DNA from: an uncultured Gammaproteobacteria bacterium
GTDB taxonomy: Bacteria; Pseudomonadota; Gammaproteobacteria; GCA-001735895
Assembly (NCBI GenBank): GCA_947259485.1
Contig: CAMYLU010000001.1
Location: 140,281-204,280, forward strand
Direction of reading: 5' to 3'
DNA: 64,000 nucleotides
Shown here: positions 40,757 through 47,920 of the stretch, piece by piece
Layout: each line of letters opens with the position of its first letter
Position numbering within the stretch: position 1 is the stretch's first letter
Translations under genes and position numbers: made by a program
The notes under the pieces: model-generated
Told to the model about the DNA's origin: nothing
What the model saw: the letters and a program-made list of their open reading frames with translations, nothing else
Database searches by the model: none

Positions 40757-41344
40757 TTACCTCGTTACCAGTACTTCGAGTTTCTTCAATGCCAGGCGCA
40801 CACGGGATTTAACCGTGCCCAGTGGCAGCTTCAGCTCTTCGCTGGTTTGTTGATGGCTTTTCCCCTCCAGGTAGACTTTGGTTAATACTTCGGCTTGCTC
40901 TTGCGGCAGTTGTTCCAGTCCTTCACGTACACTTTGCTGGGCCTTGTTTTGCTGTACCATCTGGAATGGTCCGGGGCCCTCGTCTTCCATTTCGTTAAAG
41001 ATGTCGGTTGGATCGATTTCAGTCGCGTAACGACTATTGCGTCGCAAGTAATCGATGCGACAGTTTCGTGCCAGCGTGAAAATCCAGGTATTGAGGTTGG
41101 CAAGCTTTGCGTTATATTTTTCGGCCTTGAGCCAGACCCGGGTCATGACTTCCTGCACCAGTTCGTCTGCGACCAGGTCTGCACCGGGTTCACGCGCGAG
41201 ACTGTAAGCGCGGATGAGTGGCGTGTAGTGATCAAATAGCTCGGCGAATGCCGATTTGTCGCGCTTGTCAGCAACACGACCAATGCAGGCGCTCAGATGC
41301 GCAAGCTTGTCGCTCTTTCCTGTCGTGGTTGCCATGAGGGCCAT
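40757..41344 (-). CDS. ECF RNA polymerase sigma factor, ChrR-partnered (R. sphaeroides sigma-E type)
   Basis: 195 aa. Region 2: LVQEVMTRVWLKAEKYN...NTWIFTLARN. Region 4: SHQQTSEELKLPLGTVKSRVRLALKKL. Co-transcribed with chrR. Confidence 0.9.
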   Translation of the reverse strand: MALMATTTGKSDKLAHLSACIGRVADKRDKSAFAELFDHYTPLIRAYSLAREPGADLVADELVQEVMTRVWLKAEKYNAKLANLNTWIFTLARNCRIDYLRRNSRYATEIDPTDIFNEMEDEGPGPFQMVQQNKAQQSVREGLEQLPQEQAEVLTKVYLEGKSHQQTSEELKLPLGTVKSRVRLALKKLEVLVTR

Positions 41345-41378
41345 TATATACTCTCGATTTTGCGTTTATAGGCCTTAT

Positions 41379-41404
41379 TACGTCTGAGCGACGATACTGG
41401 ATCA
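41379..41404 (-). promoter_or_regulatory. Candidate autoregulated ECF promoter (TGATCC-N16-CGTA on the minus strand)
   Basis: The plus strand reads TACG (41379-41382), 16 nt, then GGATCA (41399-41404). The minus strand therefore reads TGATCC-AGTATCGTCGCTCAGA-CGTAATAAGG, ending about 35 nt upstream of the sigma ATG. Confidence 0.65.
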
Positions 41405-41409
41405 CTGAT

Positions 41410-41435
41410 TGATCCATTTCTTTATCGTGGGCGTA
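41410..41435 (+). promoter_or_regulatory. Candidate ECF promoter for the lipid-modification operon (TGATCC-N16-CGTA)
   Basis: TGATCC (41410-41415), spacer ATTTCTTTATCGTGGG, then CGTATAAGT from 41432, ending 46 nt upstream of the ATG at 41482. It lies back to back with the minus-strand copy, with 5 bp between the two -35 hexamers. Confidence 0.65.
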
Positions 41436-41481
41436 TAAGTCCCCCAACAACCTGTATCTTAAGCGAGAGAGATCTAATTGA

Positions 41482-41910
41482 ATGAATGCTGACACACCCA
41501 TAATCGAACACTTCAAGGATTATTTCCGGGTCCTGCACCAGTCCGACCTGAGCCAATTGCGCGAGTTCTATTCCGATCGCATCGTGTTCAAGGACCCGGT
41601 TCATGAAATCAGGGGCCTCGTTGAACTCGAGGACTACTTCACTTCGATGTGCTCCGACCTCAGCGATTGCCGCTTCGAGTATCTCGACGAACTCACCAGT
41701 GACAGCGTTGCCTATATCAAGTGGATGATGCACTTCAAACATCCGAAACTGGGCAATCGCCTTATTAGTGTGCGCGGTGTCAGCCATCTTCAGATCAGCG
41801 ACAAAATTGAATTTCACGAGGATTTCTATGACATGGGCGCGATGCTCTACGAACAACTGCCGTTGCTTGGCAACGTCACGCGTTGGCTTAAATTGCGCCT
41901 GGTGAGCTAG
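41482..41910 (+). CDS. NTF2/SnoaL-like fold protein
   Basis: 142 aa. Sequence HFKDYFRVLHQSDLSQLREFYSDRIVFKDPVHEIRG, typical of the SnoaL-like family. First gene of the operon. Confidence 0.7.
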   Translation: MNADTPIIEHFKDYFRVLHQSDLSQLREFYSDRIVFKDPVHEIRGLVELEDYFTSMCSDLSDCRFEYLDELTSDSVAYIKWMMHFKHPKLGNRLISVRGVSHLQISDKIEFHEDFYDMGAMLYEQLPLLGNVTRWLKLRLVS

Positions 41911-41914
41911 CATC

Positions 41915-42706
41915 ATGAACGGCAAAACACCCAAGGTGATATGGATTACCGGTGCCAGTAGTGGCCTCGGCAGGAGCCTGGCGCTGCAGCTTGCCAACCA
42001 GGGTAACCGGGTGATTGCATCGGCCCGTAACCAGGCAGAGCTTGAAAAGCTCGCTGCGCAGAATACAAATATTGTCGCCCTGCCTTGTGATATCACCGAT
42101 GAAGAAGCAATGCAATCGCTAAGCTCGCGCATCGAGGAAATCTCACCAGCGCTCGACCAGGTGATACTGAACGCCGGAAACTGTGAGTATCTCGATTTTC
42201 CCGATCCCGACTGGTCGGCTGTGCGCCGTGTCATGGAGGTGAACTTTTTTGGCACGCTTAACTGCGTCAAGCTTGCGCTGCCCTTATTAAAGAAAAGTAA
42301 CAGCGATCGCCCCCACGTGGTAGCAGTCGTTTCGCAGGTGACTGCCGCGCCGTTCCCAAGGGCCGAGGCCTACGGGGCTTCGAAGGCAGCGATGCGTTAT
42401 TTCTTCGACAGTTTGCGCATGGATCTCGCGGCCGATGACATTGATGTGACAGTGGTTAATCCCGGCTTTGTCGATACCCCGCTGACGCGCAAGAATGATT
42501 TCCCGATGCCTTTCCTGATGCAGGTGGATGAGGCGGCAGAACGCATCGTTAAAAATATTGCAGCAAGGCCCAGGCAGTATAGTTTTCCACTGCGACTCTC
42601 AGCCCTGTTGTCGCTGTCAAAAATCTTACCCGGCGTATGGCAAAAAATGGTAGCTGCGGACGCCGCTATGCCTGCAAAAGATTCCGGGGAAGGTGTGAGC
42701 AAATGA
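41915..42706 (+). CDS. Short-chain dehydrogenase/reductase (SDR)
   Basis: 263 aa. Cofactor motif ITGASSGLGRSLA; catalytic YGASKAA. Confidence 0.88.
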   Translation: MNGKTPKVIWITGASSGLGRSLALQLANQGNRVIASARNQAELEKLAAQNTNIVALPCDITDEEAMQSLSSRIEEISPALDQVILNAGNCEYLDFPDPDWSAVRRVMEVNFFGTLNCVKLALPLLKKSNSDRPHVVAVVSQVTAAPFPRAEAYGASKAAMRYFFDSLRMDLAADDIDVTVVNPGFVDTPLTRKNDFPMPFLMQVDEAAERIVKNIAARPRQYSFPLRLSALLSLSKILPGVWQKMVAADAAMPAKDSGEGVSK

Positions 42707-44001
42707 ATATTGCGATAATCGGTGCCGGGATTTCCGGCTTAACTGCCGCTTATTATTTGCATGATAAACACAATATTACCGTTTACGAAGCGGCGCCCCA
42801 AGTCGGTGGGCATACCGCAACGATCAACGTCGAGCACGAAGGTCGGCATTACGCGATCGACACCGGATTCATTGTTTACAATGACTGGACTTATCCGAAT
42901 TTTATCGAGTTGATGCAGGAACTGGGGGTTGAAACCCAACCTACCGAAATGAGTTTCAGCGTGCGTTGCGATGAAAGCGGCCTCGAGTATGGCGGAAATA
43001 ATCTGAATACCTTGTTTGCACAGCGTCGTAACCTGCTGCGACCTTCATTCCACCGGATGTTGCGTGATATTCTGCGCTTCAACCGCGAGGCGATTGCTGA
43101 TCTCGAAAGGGGGCGCATATCTGCGACAACCACGCTCGGCGAGTATCTTGTCGACAATCGTTATGGTGAGGCGTTCATATACCAGTACCTGCTGCCAATG
43201 GGATGCGCTATCTGGTCTGCCTCCACCGAGCGCATGGTCGATTTTCCACTGCTCTTTTTCACCCGGTTTTTTAAGAATCATGGTCTGTTAAGCGTTAACG
43301 ATCGACCGCAATGGCATGTCATCAAGGGTGGGTCAAGGCGTTATCTCGAGCCCCTGATCCAGGAGTTTAGCAGCGCCATCAGGCTGGACGCCAAAATCTC
43401 TGCCGTGCGCCGCCATCAGCAAGCGGTAGAACTGGTCATGGCAAACGGGCTCACGGTACAATACGACCAGGTGGTTTTCGCCTGTCACAGCGACCAGGCG
43501 CTTGGATTGCTCGGAGATGCGTCCCGGGTCGAGCGTGACGCGCTCGAAGCGATTCCCTACCAATCCAACGAGGTGGTACTGCATACCGATGAGAGCCTGT
43601 TACCGCGTCATCGTGCGGCGTGGTCGAGCTGGAACTACTGGTTACGTGAGCGACATCAGCAGCGAGCAGTGTTGAATTACAATATGAACATACTTCAGGG
43701 CTTGAAATCGGACACCACTTTCTGCGTTACGCTCAATGCGACCGAGTCGATATCGCCCGCAAAAATTATCGATAGCTTCAACTACAGCCACCCGGTGTTT
43801 TCACTGGAATCGGTAGCGGCGGCGCAAAAGATCCAGGACTTTAACGGGTTAAATCGTACCTGGTTTGCAGGCGCCTACCTGGGTAATGGATTTCATGAAG
43901 ATGGTGTTGTCAGTGGACGACGCGTTGCCGATGCAATTAACCAGCTTGTGCCCTCGATGCCGGTGGATATCGGCTCATTCGACGATGTCGCTTATGCATA
44001 G
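42703..44001 (+). CDS. FAD-dependent oxidoreductase, amine-oxidase/desaturase-like (candidate UfaD-type fatty-acyl desaturase)
   Basis: Dinucleotide fold MNIAIIGAGISGLTAAYYL. ATGA overlap with the SDR stop. The track start at 42637 lies inside the SDR gene and is rejected. Confidence 0.8.
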   Translation: MNIAIIGAGISGLTAAYYLHDKHNITVYEAAPQVGGHTATINVEHEGRHYAIDTGFIVYNDWTYPNFIELMQELGVETQPTEMSFSVRCDESGLEYGGNNLNTLFAQRRNLLRPSFHRMLRDILRFNREAIADLERGRISATTTLGEYLVDNRYGEAFIYQYLLPMGCAIWSASTERMVDFPLLFFTRFFKNHGLLSVNDRPQWHVIKGGSRRYLEPLIQEFSSAIRLDAKISAVRRHQQAVELVMANGLTVQYDQVVFACHSDQALGLLGDASRVERDALEAIPYQSNEVVLHTDESLLPRHRAAWSSWNYWLRERHQQRAVLNYNMNILQGLKSDTTFCVTLNATESISPAKIIDSFNYSHPVFSLESVAAAQKIQDFNGLNRTWFAGAYLGNGFHEDGVVSGRRVADAINQLVPSMPVDIGSFDDVAYA

Positions 44002-44785
44002 CGCGATCTACCAGGGTTACTTGCGTCACCGTCGCTTTACGCCGCATGCGCACCGCTTCAGCTACCAGGTTTTCATGATGTATCTGGACCTTGACGAATT
44101 GGACAAAGTCCTCGCCCAGTCGCCTTTCTGGTCGCGCAAACCGTGGCGTCCAGCACGCTTTAAGCGCAGCGATTTTCTGGGTGACCCCGCAGTACCTTTG
44201 AAACAGGCGGTGAAGGAAAGAATCCACGACGAAACCGGGCATTGGCATGAAGGCCCGATTCGAATGCTGGCGAACCTGCGTTACTTCGGTTTCAACATCA
44301 ATCCGATAAGCTGTTACTACTGCTTCGATGCACAGCAAGCGCTGCAGTTTATCGTTGTCGAAGTCACCAACACACCGTGGAACGAACGCCAGAGTTACGT
44401 GATCAAATGCGATCCGAAACAGCGCTTTCAGCGCAGCCAGTTTCAAAAATTAATGCACGTTTCACCATTCAATCCGATGAACATGATGTATCACTGGTGT
44501 AGCAACAATCCGCAGCGGGTCTTGAGCCTCAATCTCGAAACCGAGCGCGATGGGGAAATCGATATGGATGCGACCATGGCGTTAAAAAGACAGGATATCA
44601 ATGGCGCGTCTCTCGCGCGAATCTTGCTACGACATCCGTGGATGACGGCCAAGGTCGCATTGACGATTTACTGGCAGGCTTTGAAACTCTGGGTCAAGCG
44701 CAATCCGTTCTATGATCACCCCAAAACCCGGAATTGGGACCACCAAAATCAACCAACAATAACCAGACTGAAGACAAAGACATGA
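43994..44785 (+). CDS. DUF1365 family protein (candidate UfaO-type furan-forming enzyme)
   Basis: Starts MHSAIYQGYLRHRRFTPHAHRFSYQVFMMYLDLDELD, a typical DUF1365 N-terminus. 8-nt overlap with the upstream gene. The track start at 43865 is rejected. Confidence 0.75.
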   Translation: MHSAIYQGYLRHRRFTPHAHRFSYQVFMMYLDLDELDKVLAQSPFWSRKPWRPARFKRSDFLGDPAVPLKQAVKERIHDETGHWHEGPIRMLANLRYFGFNINPISCYYCFDAQQALQFIVVEVTNTPWNERQSYVIKCDPKQRFQRSQFQKLMHVSPFNPMNMMYHWCSNNPQRVLSLNLETERDGEIDMDATMALKRQDINGASLARILLRHPWMTAKVALTIYWQALKLWVKRNPFYDHPKTRNWDHQNQPTITRLKTKT

Positions 44786-46041
44786 ATACTGTAAATCCCT
44801 CCGTAGTTAAAGTGCCCGAAAAACCAGGCCTTATAGATGGTTTTGCCAAGAATCAGCTGCTCAAGCGCCTGCAACAGATGCCGCGTGGATACCTGTTGAT
44901 TGAAGATGGCGACGAGTTACACGGTTTTGGAAATCCGGCTGACGAGATCGATGTCAAGGCAAAGATCGTTATCCAGGATCCCGGTACCTACAGGGATATC
45001 GCCTTTGGTGGCTCCATCGGCGGCGCAGAGGCGTATATGCTGGGTAAATGGACCACACCGAACCTGGTGGACGTTGTGCGCCTGATGTCGGTCAATATCG
45101 ATTTTCTGAATGAAATGGATGATTCAAAATCAGTGCTTCAACGTGCCGGGGACAAGGTTTTTCACCTGCTCAACCGCAACACCGAAAAGCAGGCGCGTGA
45201 CAATATTTCGCGGCATTACGATTTGAGCAACGACTTTTTCGAATTATTTCTCGATCCGGAAATGATGTACTCGGCGGCAATCTTTCCAAGTGTGGACGCC
45301 GATCTCGATGAAGCAGCGCTGCACAAGCTAGACGTTATCTGCCGTAAACTCGAGCTCAAGCCCAGTGATCACCTGCTTGAAATTGGAACCGGCTGGGGTG
45401 GTCTGGCGATTTATGCGGCCCGGCATTATGGCTGCCGGGTAACGACCACAACGATTTCACGAGAACAGTACGATACAGCAACCCGGCGAGTGCAGGACGA
45501 AGGCCTCGACGGAAAGATCACGGTTCTATTCGAGGATTATCGAAACCTGAGCGGGCGTTACGACAAGCTGGTCTCGGTGGAAATGATCGAAGCGGTGGGT
45601 CACGAGTTCTACAAGCAGTATTTCAGCGGCTGTGCGGCGTTGCTGAAGGATGATGGCCTGATGCTACTGCAGGCGATTACGATACCGGATCAACGCTACC
45701 AGTACGCGCGAAAGTCGGTTGATTTTATCCAACGCTACATTTTCCCGGGTGGCTCATTGCCGAGCCATGAAGCGATTATTTCGTCGGTCAGGTCGAACAC
45801 CGACCTGCTGATGGTCGGGATGCAGGAGATCGGTGAAGACTACGCCAGGACGCTCGAAGTATGGCGTGAGCGTTTTTTGGCGAAACTGGATGAAGTCAAG
45901 GCACTGGGTTTCGATGACTATTTCATCCGCATGTGGAACTACTACCTGTGCTACTGCCAGGGCGGATTCGAGGAGCGAATTATCGGCACCTCGCAAATAC
46001 TGTTTGCAAAACCTGATTGGCGCAGGACTGGCCAGTCTTGA
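44782..46041 (+). CDS. Cyclopropane-fatty-acyl-phospholipid synthase family SAM-dependent methyltransferase
   Basis: SAM motif LLEIGTGWGGLAIYAA, then YYLCYCQGGFEE near the C-terminus. ATGA overlap with the DUF1365 stop; the start at 44782 (MNTVNPS) is preferred to 44734. Confidence 0.85.
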   Translation: MNTVNPSVVKVPEKPGLIDGFAKNQLLKRLQQMPRGYLLIEDGDELHGFGNPADEIDVKAKIVIQDPGTYRDIAFGGSIGGAEAYMLGKWTTPNLVDVVRLMSVNIDFLNEMDDSKSVLQRAGDKVFHLLNRNTEKQARDNISRHYDLSNDFFELFLDPEMMYSAAIFPSVDADLDEAALHKLDVICRKLELKPSDHLLEIGTGWGGLAIYAARHYGCRVTTTTISREQYDTATRRVQDEGLDGKITVLFEDYRNLSGRYDKLVSVEMIEAVGHEFYKQYFSGCAALLKDDGLMLLQAITIPDQRYQYARKSVDFIQRYIFPGGSLPSHEAIISSVRSNTDLLMVGMQEIGEDYARTLEVWRERFLAKLDEVKALGFDDYFIRMWNYYLCYCQGGFEERIIGTSQILFAKPDWRRTGQS

Positions 46042-46061
46042 TTGAGCGGTAAGGTCGCGGC

Positions 46062-46556
46062 GTGAAGAAGATACTGATCAACCTGGCACTATTCCAGATC
46101 GGCTGGTTCGTTTGTGTCATCGGGGGCGATATCTATGCCGTCATTTTTACAGTAGCAGCGCTGCTTATCCATAACTGGCTGGTGTTGAGCAATTTCGTCG
46201 AGTGGAAGTTAATTGCAATCGTCGTAGCCGTCGGCTGCCTGTGGGATATACTGATGGCGCAAACCGGGGTCATTCAATACGGCGATACCCTGGTGCTCGG
46301 AATCCCGCTTTGGCTGGTATGCCTGTGGATATTGTTTGCCACCACTTTCATGCACGGCCTGTTCTGGATGAATCGACATCTCCCGCTGGCAGTGATATTT
46401 GCGGCGGTGCTTGGACCGGCCAGTTACTGGTTGGGGAGCAATTTGACAGACGCCGAACTTGGATTGCCACTGATGACATCAATGTTGATCATGGCCATTG
46501 GATGGGCGCTGTTGTTTCCATCTGGAATCTACTACGCGGGAAAACTTAAATCATGA
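46062..46556 (+). CDS. DUF2878-like small integral membrane protein
   Basis: 164 aa, 4-5 TM helices, GTG start. This is the position DUF2878 usually occupies after the CFA-synthase-like gene in these clusters. The family call is from memory of cluster composition. Confidence 0.6.
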   Translation: MKKILINLALFQIGWFVCVIGGDIYAVIFTVAALLIHNWLVLSNFVEWKLIAIVVAVGCLWDILMAQTGVIQYGDTLVLGIPLWLVCLWILFATTFMHGLFWMNRHLPLAVIFAAVLGPASYWLGSNLTDAELGLPLMTSMLIMAIGWALLFPSGIYYAGKLKS

Positions 46557-47386
46557 AGACCGGAACCCGAAACAAAAGCTGCTCTATGGTTGTTATCGCC
46601 CTGTTATCAGGAGTGATGATGCCCACCGCCTATGCCAACGACATTGTCGCCCAGACCATTGGCGAGGCCTTCGACCTCAAAAGCGACGAACCCCTGTACA
46701 GCGAAACCCATTGTCTCAGTGATGACGCGCTCGCACGCGAGGTGATTTATCGAGATGTCGAGGGTCGGCTGATTGCGCACAAAATTCTGAGCTACAGCAC
46801 GGGTCCGACAACACCATCCTTTGTGCAGCGTAATTTCTATTCGCAGGAATCGATCGAGGTTGAACTAAAGCAGGATGAAGTCACCATGACGGTAAAGGAT
46901 GAAAACAGTTCTGCGCCCGCAAAGGTTGTCTCGACCCGGCCCAGTGCAAATTTGCCTGTCGTGATCGATGCCGGTTTCGATGCATTTGTAACCGGTAACT
47001 GGGATAGTCTGTTAGCCGGTGAGAACAAGAGTTTCCAGTTTCCGTTTGCTGCTCGAGAAAGCCTGGTGAAGCTGCGCATCAAACCGACCAGCTGTAGCTA
47101 TGATAGCGAATCTGATCAATGCTTCAGGCTGGAAATGAATAACTGGTTCCTGCGCATGCTGGTGGCCCCGATTGAACTTGGATATGACACCAGGCTTAAA
47201 CGCCTCACCCGTTACCGGGGGCTTTCGAATATCGGTGATGGCAAAGGTGAAGGACTCGTGGTCGATATTCGTTACAACTACCAGGATGTCCCCGCCAAGG
47301 CCTGCAGTGTCAACGATCTGAAATTAACTGGAAAAGCGGTTGAGTGGAAGGTGTCGGCCTTCGATAGCCGGCAACGGGCGCTATGA
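46553..47386 (+). CDS. Secreted hypothetical protein
   Basis: 277 aa. Signal peptide MVVIALLSGVMMPTAYA-ND; ATGA overlaps on both sides; family not recognised. Confidence 0.6.
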   Translation: MKTGTRNKSCSMVVIALLSGVMMPTAYANDIVAQTIGEAFDLKSDEPLYSETHCLSDDALAREVIYRDVEGRLIAHKILSYSTGPTTPSFVQRNFYSQESIEVELKQDEVTMTVKDENSSAPAKVVSTRPSANLPVVIDAGFDAFVTGNWDSLLAGENKSFQFPFAARESLVKLRIKPTSCSYDSESDQCFRLEMNNWFLRMLVAPIELGYDTRLKRLTRYRGLSNIGDGKGEGLVVDIRYNYQDVPAKACSVNDLKLTGKAVEWKVSAFDSRQRAL

Positions 47387-47916
47387 AACTGATTGTTAAA
47401 GCCACGCTGGTCGCTTTCGCCCTGACGGTCGTCAGCGCCTGTTCATCGGTTACGATCGATGAATACGCCGGCAACAAGCCGCTACTGGTGCCGGAGAAAT
47501 TTTTTGATGGCCAGCTCAGCGCCCATGGTATTGTCAAGGACCGTGGCGGGCGGGTTATTCGCTACTTCAGCGCAAAAATTAAAGCCTACTGGGTCGATGG
47601 CATCGGTACCCTCGACGAAAGCTTTGTATTTGATGACGGCGAACAACAATCCCGCGTCTGGAAGTTGAAACCGCAATCAGACGGCAGCTATGTTGCGACT
47701 GCCGGTGATGTTATCGGTGAAGGGAGAATGAAAGCATCAGGTAACAGCCTGTTCCTGGATTACGTGTTGCGTATCCCCTATGGCGATAGCACGATTGACT
47801 TGCGTATCGATGACCGCATGTACCTGGTGTCGGAGCGAGTGTTGTTAAACGAATCAGTCATGACCAAGTGGGGTTTTAAGGTTGGTCAGATTACCCTCGT
47901 GATCGAAAAGGAATAA
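47383..47916 (+). CDS. DUF3833-like lipoprotein (lipocalin-like)
   Basis: 177 aa. Lipobox LTVVSAC-SS. GNKPLLVPEKFFDGQLSAHGIVKDRGGRVIRYFSAKI is typical of DUF3833. Last gene of the operon. Confidence 0.7.
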   Translation: MKLIVKATLVAFALTVVSACSSVTIDEYAGNKPLLVPEKFFDGQLSAHGIVKDRGGRVIRYFSAKIKAYWVDGIGTLDESFVFDDGEQQSRVWKLKPQSDGSYVATAGDVIGEGRMKASGNSLFLDYVLRIPYGDSTIDLRIDDRMYLVSERVLLNESVMTKWGFKVGQITLVIEKE

Positions 47917-47920
47917 GCCT

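Noticed and set aside
41422-42270. 282-aa minus-strand ORF spanning the ECF promoter region, the NTF2-like gene and the SDR gene
   Set aside because: The opposite strand encodes two well-supported proteins with a ribosome-binding site and an ECF promoter. The ORF has low-complexity Ser/Ala-rich content and would begin inside another gene.
47158-47165. E. coli-type Chi sequence GCTGGTGG
   Set aside because: It is the only occurrence I noticed, sits inside a coding region, and the Chi sequence of this organism is unknown. It is not informative despite recBCD being in the window.
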